DNA from: Desulfobacterales bacterium
Lineage (GTDB): Bacteria > Desulfobacterota > Desulfobacteria > Desulfobacterales > Desulfolunaceae
Direction: 5' to 3'
Length of the DNA stretch: 64,000 nt
Assembly: GCA_022360815.1 (NCBI GenBank)
Contig: JAKSCC010000189.1
Location: forward strand, 19,145 to 83,144
The translations under genes were made by a program, and so were the position numbers. The notes under the pieces are model-generated. The model was not told the DNA's origin and searched no databases. It saw only the letters and a list, made by a program, of their open reading frames with translations. Positions 18,888-32,700 of the stretch are shown one piece after another; the first letter of the stretch is position 1; every line of letters starts with the position of its first letter.

Positions 18888-19565
18888 ATGGAACAGAGAC
18901 TGGCAGATGGCCTTAAAAGATGTCTTGGAAAGTCCCATGGTATTCTGGGGTGGGAGCGGTTTATTCACTCAGCTGTTCTGGCACCGCTGATAAAGATAGA
19001 CGGAGAGTTGCATCTTCTTTTTCAGAAGCGGACCCAAGGAATCCGTCAAGGGGGAGAGATATCCTTTCCTGGTGGTCTTTTTGATCCGGTGGTGGATGAA
19101 TCCCTTCGAATGACAGCACTTCGTGAGTGTCATGAGGAGATGGGGATAGAGCCTCGCATGGTTCATGTGGTGGGCGAACTGGATCCCTTGGTGGCCCCTG
19201 CGGGGATTACCGTTTCTTGTTTTGTAGGGCTTCTTGAAAAAAAGAGCCTTGAGACGATGGTGGTCAACCCAGATGAAGTGGAGAGTTGGTTTACTTTGCC
19301 ACTCTCTTTTTTTCAAACAACCCCGCCAAATGTTCATCATGTCCGCCTGATGGTGGAACCTCATTTTGACCATCCCAAAAAGGGGCGTGTAACGCTTCTT
19401 CCGGCCGAAGAGCTGGGGCTGCCGCCTCGCTATCACAAACCCTGGGGCGGTTTGACCCGGGAGGTTTACTTGTGGCCCACAGCCCACGGCACGCTTTGGG
19501 GGCTTACATCTGAGCTTGTGAAGGAAATTGTTGGACGGCTTGAAAAGGGCGGGGTGCTCGTTTAA
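18888..19565 (+). CDS. Nudix hydrolase, CoA pyrophosphatase-like
   Basis: GEISFPGG...ALRECHEEMG Nudix box; LWGLT. Confidence 0.88.
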   Translation: MEQRLADGLKRCLGKSHGILGWERFIHSAVLAPLIKIDGELHLLFQKRTQGIRQGGEISFPGGLFDPVVDESLRMTALRECHEEMGIEPRMVHVVGELDPLVAPAGITVSCFVGLLEKKSLETMVVNPDEVESWFTLPLSFFQTTPPNVHHVRLMVEPHFDHPKKGRVTLLPAEELGLPPRYHKPWGGLTREVYLWPTAHGTLWGLTSELVKEIVGRLEKGGVLV

Positions 19566-19750
19566 AGTAAAGGGGCTCTTTCTTGACAGCCGTTTGAGGG
19601 GGTTGTAGCTTACCAGGCAAGTCTTCTCTTTTGCATTTCATTTGATGACTCCGTAAAAAAGTGTGTCCATGGTGCTGTGTTGGCAGTACCGTGGGGGTCG
19701 CGTCGGAGTATCAACCACATTATATAAAACCGTTTTATTTCGTATGATAA

Positions 19751-21073
<1,323 letters not shown>

Positions 21074-21091
21074 CTTTATTTGACCATGCTT

Positions 21092-21128
21092 TAAAAAGTC
21101 GGTGGCCCAAGGGTCCGCCGACTTTTTA
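21092..21128 (+). terminator. intrinsic terminator after eno
   Basis: taaaaagtcggtgg...ccgccgacttttta. Confidence 0.8.
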
Positions 21129-21204
21129 CCAGGTCATCATCTCTTCCCTGCATCCTGCCTGTCCGGTGCAAGGGGCTTTTTTCTTTTCAAGGACGACGGA
21201 TTCC

Positions 21205-22089
21205 ATGCCCATTCACACCTATTTACGCCTTTTTTTTGCCCTTTTTAGTTTTATGGTAGCCTCACATGGTGCAGCAGAGGCTTACCTTCTCAGTACATCC
21301 CAGATCACCCAGCAGATGGTGAAGAAGCTGGGCCGTGTGAAGGCTGTGAAGCTGACTGAAACCGAAACATTTTTTTCTGCTGCATCAGAAGGCGCGGCCG
21401 AGCCTCGGGTGGTAGAGGGCGAGCTGACGCTTCAAAGACCAGATCGTTTTTATGACTTGCTTTTTGAAGGCGAAAAAAGGGTGGAGACTTACGGCACCGT
21501 GGATGACTGGTTTCGTGTGGTGGACGGAAAGCGGGTGGAGGGTTCGGCTGGTCCCTCTGAAAGCTATATAGAGCCCTTGCAGCTGCGAAGCAGAGATTTG
21601 TTCCGGGCCGCTCTTTTGAAGTGGAATGTGGATGTGGAGACCACGTCTTTGGGGCGCCACAACGGGCGTATCGCTTGGGTGGTGGGTGCCAAGGCATTCC
21701 AACCCGAAATGGCCGATGCACCGCAATTTTGGGTGGAGAAAGAGAGTTTTTTGCCGATGCGTTGGATCCTTCCGACCTCCTCAGGAGCCACTCTTGAGGT
21801 GTGGTACCACGACTGGTTTAAACAAGGCAACGCCTCGTGGCCGGGGCGTATTGAGTTTTATCGTAACGGATTTCTCTTTCGTGAAATTCGTATGGCCGAT
21901 GTAAAACGTACCAAGGCGTTGGCTGACCATCGTTTTGATGCTGAGCGTTACCCCTTGAAAGGTGCTGTTGAAAACCAGACGCCTCTTTCAGCCCCACCGG
22001 AAAATCCTGTAGAACAACCTCCCAGTGAAGGTGAAAAACGCCTTCAGGAGCTTGAAGAGATTCTCTCTCGAGACTCTCTTGCTTTTTGA
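21205..22089 (+). CDS. exported hypothetical protein, possibly LolA-like beta fold
   Basis: Signal-peptide-like N-terminus; LQRPDRF, QFWVEKESFLP and WPGRIEF segments resemble LolA-like sorting proteins. Confidence 0.55.
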   Translation: MPIHTYLRLFFALFSFMVASHGAAEAYLLSTSQITQQMVKKLGRVKAVKLTETETFFSAASEGAAEPRVVEGELTLQRPDRFYDLLFEGEKRVETYGTVDDWFRVVDGKRVEGSAGPSESYIEPLQLRSRDLFRAALLKWNVDVETTSLGRHNGRIAWVVGAKAFQPEMADAPQFWVEKESFLPMRWILPTSSGATLEVWYHDWFKQGNASWPGRIEFYRNGFLFREIRMADVKRTKALADHRFDAERYPLKGAVENQTPLSAPPENPVEQPPSEGEKRLQELEEILSRDSLAF

Positions 22090-22503
22090 AAATTAGCGTA
22101 TCTGTACTTAATGCAGGATGGATCTGCAAAGAGCAGCAGCTTGCTGCTATCGCAACGAACCATATTCTATGGGCTTCGATTGGTAGGAGCTCCCACCTTT
22201 TTTTGCGGCATTGTGGGTGTCGCATCACATCACCTATCTTTTATGAATCAAACAGCCGGGTTCCCTCTTGGTTGATGGATATCTTGAAGCATCGCCCTGT
22301 GCAGTGATACTGTATTTTTATTGTTGGATTTTAGTTTTGATAAAAACAGTGATAGAATTCAAAGGGTTGTTGGGATGTTGGGGTTGCCATGCACGGTGTG
22401 ATTGGGTAGTATCCGGTCATCTGGCGTAAGAACGTCTTCATTTCCAAATCTGTGGTGCAAGATAAGATCTGCACGCACCTCTTTTTGATGGTTGATCTTT
22501 TAA

Positions 22504-24207
<1,704 letters not shown>

Positions 24208-24286
24208 TATTTAGAGTGCATCCGGCGGGTCGCGTCTTTGCAAAAAGCTCCGCAAAAGCCCTGTTCTATTGTCTAAACCATGGAAA

Positions 24287-24326
24287 CTAAAACCGTCCTT
24301 GGCAACTGCCTCGGGCGGTTTTTTAG
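24287..24326. terminator. bidirectional terminator between pyrG and MFS gene
   Basis: aaaaccgtcc..ggca-ac-tgcc..gggcggtttt. Confidence 0.55.
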
Positions 24327-25519
24327 TTTTTCCAGGCGGGTTGTGGGCGCCTTGCCTCTATGGTGAACTTCAGGGCAGCCACCAGTCCACAGAGGGTAAA
24401 GAGAAGACCGCCTGCTCCAAAGGTGGAGGGAATGCCTGCACTGTCTGCAAACCAGCCAAGAAAGGGGCCCAGTGCCACAAAGCAGAGGCGGATAATAAGG
24501 CTGCGTATAGAGAGAACCGTAGCTCGGATCTCTGAAGGGGTTGCCGTGTTGATATGATTGCGCAGGGTGGGGGTTGCCACGCCGCGTGCCATGTAAAAGA
24601 GATAGAGAAGGCCCACGGCCCAAAGGGTCTCTCCGAGAGAGAGGGCAAAGTAGAGAAGGCCTATAGAGCCTGCAATAAAAAAGACTGTGGCTCGGTCTCC
24701 CAAGGTTTTTTCCACCCGCCAAGCGTGCATGGAAACAGCACCTGTGGTGAGGTTGAGCCCTGGGATAAAAAGACCGTAGAGTGCCAAGGGCACGGCCAGG
24801 TGGTGGAAAAAAGGTTGGATCATCCATGCCATGGTGAGGGTTGCGGTACCCATGGCTGAGGAGAAGAGAATACTCCACCGAAGCCTTTTGTTTGTGGTAA
24901 GGGCGTAAGTGATGATCTTTTTTAGTTGTTCCCCGCTTTTTTTAGGGTCTATGCGGTGGCGTGGGGGCTCCACCAGAAGAAGGGATGCTGGTATGGCTGA
25001 AAAGGCGATAAGGGCTTGAAAAAAATAAGGGGTTCTCAGACTGATGGCGGCCAAGGCAACACCTATGGGAGCGGCAATTGCTTCTGCAAAGTTGCCCAAG
25101 GAGATGAGCCTGCCCTCTTGCTTGAGGTAGGCTTCGGGCCGTCCGCTCTCTTGAAGGGTGTCGTAAAGCAGGGCAGAATCCGATCCAGAAATAAAGCTTT
25201 GGCCCATCCCTAAGATGAGTTCGCAGAGAAGAAAGCTCCAGAAACCATTGGAGATGGTGTAGAGGGAAAATCCTAAAAAACCGAGAAAACTTCCCAGAAT
25301 GAGAGAGGCTTTTCGCCCCCAGACATCCCCAAAGTAACCCGAAGGAATTTCAAGGACCACAATGGCAAAGGAGTAAGCCGCTTTTAAAAGAAAGAGGTCG
25401 CGCGTGGCCAGACCGTTTTCTTTGTAGAAGAGAAAAACAATGGGCACCGTGAGCATAAGCCACTTGGAGAGTTTGATAACATAAAGCTTGGAGATATTAG
25501 AAGAGAGCTTTGCTGGCAT
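24323..25519 (-). CDS. MFS transporter
   Basis: EIPSGYFGDVWGRK motif A, SGSDSALLYD, RATVLS; about 12 hydrophobic segments. Confidence 0.9.
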   Translation of the reverse strand: MPAKLSSNISKLYVIKLSKWLMLTVPIVFLFYKENGLATRDLFLLKAAYSFAIVVLEIPSGYFGDVWGRKASLILGSFLGFLGFSLYTISNGFWSFLLCELILGMGQSFISGSDSALLYDTLQESGRPEAYLKQEGRLISLGNFAEAIAAPIGVALAAISLRTPYFFQALIAFSAIPASLLLVEPPRHRIDPKKSGEQLKKIITYALTTNKRLRWSILFSSAMGTATLTMAWMIQPFFHHLAVPLALYGLFIPGLNLTTGAVSMHAWRVEKTLGDRATVFFIAGSIGLLYFALSLGETLWAVGLLYLFYMARGVATPTLRNHINTATPSEIRATVLSIRSLIIRLCFVALGPFLGWFADSAGIPSTFGAGGLLFTLCGLVAALKFTIEARRPQPAWKN

Positions 25520-25811
25520 GGCCTTGTTCCTGAAGGGCTATGATCATTTTGGAGACACAGAGGGTTGACGTGTATAGTGTTGCGCGGTTTGCGCAATGCT
25601 TACAGAGAAGACCCGCTGAGAGAAATAGCCTGTTTAGGCGATTTCCTATTTTTTTTCAAGTGTTTTAAAAAAAGGATGGTTTTTAAGGAGGAGTGCGGTA
25701 GCACCTCGATGAGGTATCCATGGCGTTGATGCAATGGTGGGGAAAGATTTGCAGGTAAAAGAGAGTGAAGCAGAGATTGAAGGAAACCTCGCTTCACTCG
25801 GTATGGGATGT

Positions 25812-27200
25812 TTAGTGGGATGTTTCTTTGTAAAGTATTCCCCACTTGTTGATGTAACCCAGAAGGATAGAGATGAGCGGTGTCAACCAGAGAAAGAAGG
25901 CCCATGGCACGTAGGAAAAGGTGCTTACGCCAAGGACTCCACACATGTAAAGGGCGTTGTCTGTCCAGGGGAAGAGGGGAGCGGTTAGGGTGCCGCCATC
26001 TTCAGTGGCGCGGGAGAGCACTTCGGGTTTGAGGTTGAACCGTTTGTAGGTATTTCTCATAAGCTGAGGAGTCATAATAAGTGAGATATACATACTGCAT
26101 CCGGCAGCGTTGGTGATGTTACCGACAACGATGGTGGAGAGGATGAGCTGGCCCACACTCTTGATTTTTTTTGCAATGGGTTCGATGAGGGCATCAAGGA
26201 CTCCGATATGTTTTAAAACGCCACCAAACCCAAGACCAAAGAGCATCACGGCAACCACCGAAAGCATGCTGGTCATACCACCCCTATTGAGAAGTTTGTC
26301 GATATAGACGATGTGAGTATCAATGGCGTAGCCGCCCCAGGCCACACCCACAGCCTCGGAAAAACTTTTGCCCTGAAAGAGAATGGCCCAGATAGATCCG
26401 AGAGCTGCCCCTATAGCGATGCTTGGAAATGCTGGTTTTTTCATGATCATTAAAGCAATGACGATAATGGCGGGGATGACCATGAGGATACCGATATCAA
26501 AGTGGGTCTCCAGAACGGTGAGGATTTCGGTTATTTTTGATGCGTCAAGGGCGTTTCCACCATACTTAAAGCCCACAACAAGATACATGATACAAACGAT
26601 GATGTAAGAGGGGATGGTGGTATACATCATGCTCATGATGTGGGAGAATACGTTGGTTTCACTCATGGAGGCCGTGAGGTTGGTGCTGTCGGATAAAGGA
26701 GACATCTTGTCTCCGAAATAGGCACCGGAGAGTACCGCTCCTGCGGTAATGGGAGCAGGAACGCCTAAGCCTACACCAATTCCCATCATGGCAACACCTG
26801 TGGTACCCACCGTTCCCCAGGATGTTCCAGTGGCCAACGAGGTGAGAGAGCAGATAAGAAGAGCTGCTAGAAGGAATATTTTGGGGCTGATGATTTTAAG
26901 CCCATAGTAAATCATGCTGGGAACCACCCCTCCGGCAATCCAGGTGCCGACCATGGCTCCGACAATGACGAGAATGAAAAGTGCCTGCAGGCCGCTTCGT
27001 ACAGAGTCTGCGGCAGCCCCTTCAAGCTCATTGTAAGTAAAGTTGAGGTGTTTTCCCAGAAGGATGGCCAGGAACATACAGACCAGAAGGGCGACCTGGA
27101 CGGAAATATTGAACGTGAGAATGCTGGTGAAAATTATCAGAAAACAGATGATTATCAGGCTGATAGCCTGAGTAAAACTCGGTTTTAACTTCATCTCCAT
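25812..27200 (-). CDS. NhaC-family antiporter / amino-acid transporter
   Basis: ATGTSWGT, GAYFGDKMSPLSDSTN, LLNRGG, LSRATED. Confidence 0.9.
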   Translation of the reverse strand: MEMKLKPSFTQAISLIIICFLIIFTSILTFNISVQVALLVCMFLAILLGKHLNFTYNELEGAAADSVRSGLQALFILVIVGAMVGTWIAGGVVPSMIYYGLKIISPKIFLLAALLICSLTSLATGTSWGTVGTTGVAMMGIGVGLGVPAPITAGAVLSGAYFGDKMSPLSDSTNLTASMSETNVFSHIMSMMYTTIPSYIIVCIMYLVVGFKYGGNALDASKITEILTVLETHFDIGILMVIPAIIVIALMIMKKPAFPSIAIGAALGSIWAILFQGKSFSEAVGVAWGGYAIDTHIVYIDKLLNRGGMTSMLSVVAVMLFGLGFGGVLKHIGVLDALIEPIAKKIKSVGQLILSTIVVGNITNAAGCSMYISLIMTPQLMRNTYKRFNLKPEVLSRATEDGGTLTAPLFPWTDNALYMCGVLGVSTFSYVPWAFFLWLTPLISILLGYINKWGILYKETSH

Positions 27201-27297
27201 GGAATGATCTCCTGTAGCGATAAATAAAATTTCAGGACCTTACTGGACCACTTTGTTCTTGTTTGGCGACACCTCCCTTTTTTGTTCCTTAATGAAA

Positions 27298-28479
27298 TCA
27301 TTTTCCATGAAATGCTTTTTCCATGGCTTTGAGTGCTTTTTCTAAGATGGATTTTGGGCAGGCAAAGTTGATGCGTTCAAACCCATGCCCTTCTTCTCCA
27401 AAAATATAGCCTTCGTCCAGCGCCAACTGGGCTTTTTTCTGCATTACCCTTTCAAGGGCAATGGGATCGCTTTCAATAGAGTGGCAGTCGAGCCAGGCCA
27501 GGTAGGTTCCCTCGGGTTTTATTAATTTGATCTCTGGCAGTCTCTCTTTGAGAAAGTGTTCCAGGGTCTCGACGTTTTTTTTAAGGTAGTCAAGAAGCTG
27601 TTCCAGCCAAGGCTCTCCATGGGTGTAGGCGGCGATAAGGCCAACGGTTCCAAAGCAGTTGCTGAGGCCAAGGTGGTGCTGCTCAATGGTGCGAGTCACT
27701 TTTCTTCTTATTTCTGGGTTTGAGATGATGAGATTTGATGTCTGAAGACCTGCAAGATTGAAGGTTTTGCTGGGGGCCGTGCAAGAGATGCAATTATTGG
27801 AAAAATCGTTTGAGATTGAGGCCAGGGGTGTGTGTTTAAATCCTTCAAAAACAAGGTCCGAGTGGATTTCATCGGAGACAATGGTGACGTTGTTTTCGGT
27901 GCAAATTTTTCCCAATTCCGTGAGCTCTTCTCGGTTCCAGACCCGGCCCACTGGGTTGTGGGGGCTGCAGAGGAGAAGGAGAGTGTTTCTCGGGTCCTCA
28001 GCTTTTCTTTTGAGGTCATTAAAATTCATTAGGTACTGATTTTTATCATAGACCAGCGGATTGAGTACCAGATGGCATCCGTTGTTTTTTATGGCAGTGA
28101 AAAAGGGATAGTAGACGGGAGGTTGAACAATGATGCCGTCGCCGGGGCGGCAGAGACTTTGGATTAGAAAGTTGATGGCAGGAACAATTCCCGGAGTAAA
28201 AAGAACCCACTCCTGGGAGATATCCCAATCATGACGCCTTTTCATCCACCCAGTGACTGCCTGGTGGTACGCTTCTGTTCGGTGTGTGTATCCGTAGATG
28301 CCATGGGTTGCCCTCTGGGTTAATGCGTCAATGACGGGCTGGGGTGCTTTAAAATCCATATCTGCCACCCAAAGGGGGAGAAGGTCTTCGGCATTGAACT
28401 GTTCTTTCAAAGAAGTGGGATCCCACTTCATAGAGTGGGTTTCTGTTCTGTCGATGACGGCGTCAAAATTATAGGTCAT
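27298..28479 (-). CDS. MalY/PatB-family PLP-dependent C-S lyase (cystathionine beta-lyase-like)
   Basis: LPLWVADMDF, CSPHNPVG, SDEIH, PSKTFNLAGL, EGTYLAWLD. Confidence 0.92.
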   Translation of the reverse strand: MTYNFDAVIDRTETHSMKWDPTSLKEQFNAEDLLPLWVADMDFKAPQPVIDALTQRATHGIYGYTHRTEAYHQAVTGWMKRRHDWDISQEWVLFTPGIVPAINFLIQSLCRPGDGIIVQPPVYYPFFTAIKNNGCHLVLNPLVYDKNQYLMNFNDLKRKAEDPRNTLLLLCSPHNPVGRVWNREELTELGKICTENNVTIVSDEIHSDLVFEGFKHTPLASISNDFSNNCISCTAPSKTFNLAGLQTSNLIISNPEIRRKVTRTIEQHHLGLSNCFGTVGLIAAYTHGEPWLEQLLDYLKKNVETLEHFLKERLPEIKLIKPEGTYLAWLDCHSIESDPIALERVMQKKAQLALDEGYIFGEEGHGFERINFACPKSILEKALKAMEKAFHGK

Positions 28480-28506
28480 GAAATACGTCCCTGTGTAGAA
28501 TGATGA

Positions 28507-29160
28507 TTATTTCAGTTTGCTTAGGTATCTGTAAATGGTTGGCTCTGATGTTTTTAAAGTCTTGGCCACTTCATTTACAGCCCCTTTGAGAAGAAAAAGG
28601 CCCTTGTCATTGAGTTGACTGACGATATTTTTTTTTTCCTCTGTGGAGAGCCTTTCTGGAGGTATGGACTGGTTTTGAATTAGCTTGGCCATGGCCTGGC
28701 TGGTGAGTTCGTGGATTGACTGGTTAAGGTTCTCAAATGCCTGATGTTTGTCTTGGTCAAGCTCTTTATCTGTTGTGTGGATCATGCGATCCAGTGCGTC
28801 TCGTAGATGGATTAGGTTTGAAACATCCAAATTGATGCACAGGGCTCCGATGGGTGTTCCTTTACCGTTTCGAATAATAAGTGTTGATCCCTTGACATCC
28901 TTGCCATTGGCGGCAGATCCTCGATAGTTGCATATGAATTCAAGCTCTGGTTCGTTTTCACCTCTTTTGAGAAGTTCCAGAAGAAGATTGGTTGGGGGGC
29001 TCCCAATGCATCGTCCGCTGATCTCATTGTTTTCAATGGCAATCACTGATTGGTTTACATCTGTAAAATCATGGAGAACCACCTCACAATTCGGCCCTAA
29101 GGCTTTTGAAAGAAAACGTACAATGGGCACATAGCGGGTCATGATATTTTGATCAGACAT
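28507..29160 (-). CDS. YheO/DauR-like PAS-HTH transcriptional regulator
   Basis: LGPNCEVVLHD, GALCINLD, GLFLLKGAV, TIYRYL. Confidence 0.9.
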   Translation of the reverse strand: MSDQNIMTRYVPIVRFLSKALGPNCEVVLHDFTDVNQSVIAIENNEISGRCIGSPPTNLLLELLKRGENEPELEFICNYRGSAANGKDVKGSTLIIRNGKGTPIGALCINLDVSNLIHLRDALDRMIHTTDKELDQDKHQAFENLNQSIHELTSQAMAKLIQNQSIPPERLSTEEKKNIVSQLNDKGLFLLKGAVNEVAKTLKTSEPTIYRYLSKLK

Positions 29161-29652
29161 GGTGGTACCCTCCTTCTGGAACCAGATATTTGTTCGACAG
29201 GTTGTGTTTGAATAGAGAATAAATTAGTGAAGTGATAAAAAAATTGCAAATAGTAAAACAAGTGTTACCGTAAGGGTGTGTTTGGTCTGTGATTGAGGGT
29301 TTTTGAGTGTAGTCGCTTGTTTTTATTTTGAAATGATTTGGACAAGGGCGGTGTGCTTAATGTCTTCTTTTTTTGCTATTTTAATGGGTAAAGTATTTAC
29401 TTTAGAGGTGGTGTGAGTAAATTTTGGATTTGTTTTGTCTTTTTTTGAGATTGTGAGGATTCTGCACCTTTGCTGAGCCGAGAATTGGACAAAGGTATCT
29501 TTTTGGACTGTCAGTCAATCCTTTTGCGTGAATCTTTTCCTTTGGTTTATCGAGACGGGCCACTGGCAACACGAGTAGAGTGGCCCATGGACAGGTGTGA
29601 TGAAAATCTGTAAAGGAAAAAAGTACTCGGGCCTGAAAGAGGGTGGGGATAT

Positions 29653-29692
29653 AAAAAAATCCCGTCCAAAGGTGAGCCTTTTGGACGGGATT
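29653..29692 (-). terminator. intrinsic terminator after glmS-like gene
   Basis: aatcccgtccaaagg-tgag-ccttttggacgggatt preceded by an A run on the plus strand. Confidence 0.8.
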
Positions 29693-29737
29693 GATGTTAA
29701 TGAATGGTTTATCGTTTATCGGAAGGTATTTTTTGCA

Positions 29738-32700
29738 CTACATTTCTATGGCCTGAGCCATGGCCTCTCCGATCTTTTCGGCGGAGAGCCCGAAGAGTTG
29801 ATCCACTGGGAGAAGATCCATAAAGGCATCATCCCAGGTGAACCCTCTTTCCTGCATGATATTTCGGATGCGCTCGTGTTTTCCACCAAGGGCTTTGCTT
29901 TTGATATGCAAGGGAATGCGTCCTTTTTTGAAGGTGACATTTAGCGAGAGAATATGCTCAATAAAGTTGGCCTCTTTGGAGAGGATGGGGATGATCAGGG
30001 TGTTTTTGTCATCCTTGTTTCCTTTGCCGATAAAGACGTTGCCCTCTCGCACAATGATACTTTTTGTTCCTTTGAGGCGTGTGTCATTTTCTACCCGGGA
30101 CTCAATGTTTTGAAAAACTCCGCTCTTTTCAAGAAGGGAGATGGTGGTCTTTTCGGTGGCCTCTCCGAGAAGGTTGAGACCATCAATGCGGTAGAAGACA
30201 GCACCCTTAATCCCCTCAATGACACCTTGCAGGTTTTTAAGTACAAGGACATTGGTGCTGGTGAGTTGAGCCAGGGCGATTTGGCGTGCAGTGAGCTCAT
30301 CAAATAGAATACCCTCAAAGGTTTCAGTGATGCGGCTGGTGCCCACAGTGACGGTTTTTGCCTGGTGTTTGATAGCATCCACCGGTCGTGCCATGGCGTT
30401 GATGGCATCGGAAAAGCACTCAAAAAGTTTATTTAGCATATTGCGAGGGATGCCCTTGACGCCAAAGTCCAGCTCAAAGTCGCCAGAGGGGAGTTTGCCG
30501 TTTAAGTATTTGAGCACAAGGGTGATATCGGATGCGGTGTTGAGACCCAGGATGGGGGGAAGCATCCCTTTTCGTCTGCTGGAGCGAAAGCTTCGGTAAA
30601 CTTCGGTAATGGTCTCTCGGAATCGTTTTTCAAGGGTGATTTCATAAAGGTTCATCCCTTTGGCTTCGTATTCGGTAATGAGTTTCTGCACCTTTTTGCG
30701 AAGTGAGAAAATGAGGCGTGAGCCCTCGTTGATGGCAAGGGCCGCATAATATCCCCAAATATGTCCGGCAAGGGTGTTGACGATGGGGGCCAGATGCTCG
30801 GGGCAGCGGGGCACTTGAAAGATGCTTCGAGCGTATGGTGTAAACCGCTCTTCCCCTTCATCGGTGATGACGATGGGAATGGCCTTGTGCGCGTTGAAGA
30901 TGGCGGTGTCTTTGATGATGTCTCCCAGTACACTCTCTCGGGTTCCGGCGGCACAAACCAGAATCAGGGGCTCAGACGAAAGGTCGATATGCTTTTTGTC
31001 CTCTACAAAATCACTGGAGATGGTTTTGTAGCAGAGCTCACTGAGCTTGATGCGAATTTCATCGGATGACGCCTTGTTGGCCCCACTGCCTACCGATGCC
31101 CAATAGGTTCGGTTCACCGCATAGGCAAAGGCCGATTCCTTGAACCCCTCTTTCATGGTGAGTACTTTTCGCATTTTGGGCGGGAGAGCAAGAAGTTCAC
31201 GGATCTCTTGAGAGATAAAGCGGCTGCTCTGTTTTTCGGTTTTTGCCGAAAGGTGCAGGCCGATGAGGGCTCCGGCCACAATTTGCGAATAGAAGGCCTT
31301 TGTAGAGGCCACACTCATCTCGATGTCCCTGCCGCTGCTGGTGTAAACCACCCCGTCTACCTTGAAGGTGAGGTCGGAGTCCCTTCTGTTGACAATGGCA
31401 AGGGTGGCGGCTCCTTTTCGTTTGACCATATCCACAGCCAGGTTGGTATCTGTGGTGGTGCCCGACTGGCTGATGGCGATGACAAGGGCGTCGCTCATGG
31501 TGTCGCCCTCTTCGTCACCCATCATAAATCCTGAAAGTTCAGAAGCTTTTAGTGGACAGACCTGAATGGACGGGTCCCCCAGGTAGTGGGTGAAGAGGTG
31601 GCCGATGGCCTGGGCTGCGATACCTGCGGTGCCTTGGCCTACTAAAAAGATTCGGGAGATACGACCGGCTCGAATGCCGCTGATGATAGAGGCGGGAATG
31701 GCGTCTTCATCCAGGCAGGTGTAACAGAGGTCTTTGGCTTCATCCCGTTTCCAGCGGTTGGTGAGGGTCTTTTCCACAGAGTCCGGAGACTCTGAGATCT
31801 CTTTGAGGAAGTAGTGGGGAAAGTCCTGACGGTCGATGTCTCGGCTTGTGATTTCGGTTTTCATAACGCTTTCGGCGTTTATATCAATGGGCGTGCCGTC
31901 ATAGTGGTAGCTGGTGATGCCAGCTTCTGCCCCTTTTTCTGCGGCCTGGGCCGCATCTAAAATCATGATCTGGCCCGATACAGGTTTCCCATCTTTCCCG
32001 GTGATGGTTTTCTCGCCGTCGAGTTTGAGGTAGCGGGAAGTCTCTTCCACAAAGCCGTACACCTCTGAAACGGCAATATAGTGGTCGGGGGCCAGCCCCA
32101 CGAAAAGAGCCTGGCCGCTGCCTTTTTGGGCGAGAAAGAGTTTACCGGGAGCCAGGTCGGTTTGCAGGGTGATGGCATGGGAACCCTTAAAGTCGCAAAC
32201 AGAAAGGCGGAACGCCTCTTCGATATCGTGGCCAGCTTTGAGATAGGTCTCAATTTGCATGGGGATCACTTTGGTATCTGTGGTGATCTCCTTTTGGAAG
32301 GGGGCGTAGCGATCTTCCCAGGCTCCTTTTAGCTGGAGGTGGTTGTCGATGTCGCCGTTTAAGCTGACATGAAGTGTACCGTTGCGTGGAAGGCGGCTGT
32401 CTGTACTTCGGTTGTCCACAGGGTGGCAGTTGGCGTCGGTGATGGCACCCACAGAGGCCCATCGTGTGTGGGAATTGACCGTCAGGTTGGTGTGGGGAAA
32501 TGTTGTGACAGCTCGAAGGATTAGGTCATTTCTCACCTGTTGGCGCAAAAATGAGACGTTGTCACCAAGGCTTCCGATTTCAGCGGCACGTTTATAGACA
32601 AAGGCCAGAGAGGTGCCAAAGGGGCCTTTTCCTATAGCCAGGGAGTTGTTTAAAAGGGTATCTCCTTTGAGGCGTTCGCCAAGCTGGGTTTCGAGTCCCT

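Noticed and set aside
25695-25702. ops-like GCGGTAGC
   Set aside because: On the plus strand, pointing into antisense of the NhaC gene, with no downstream operon
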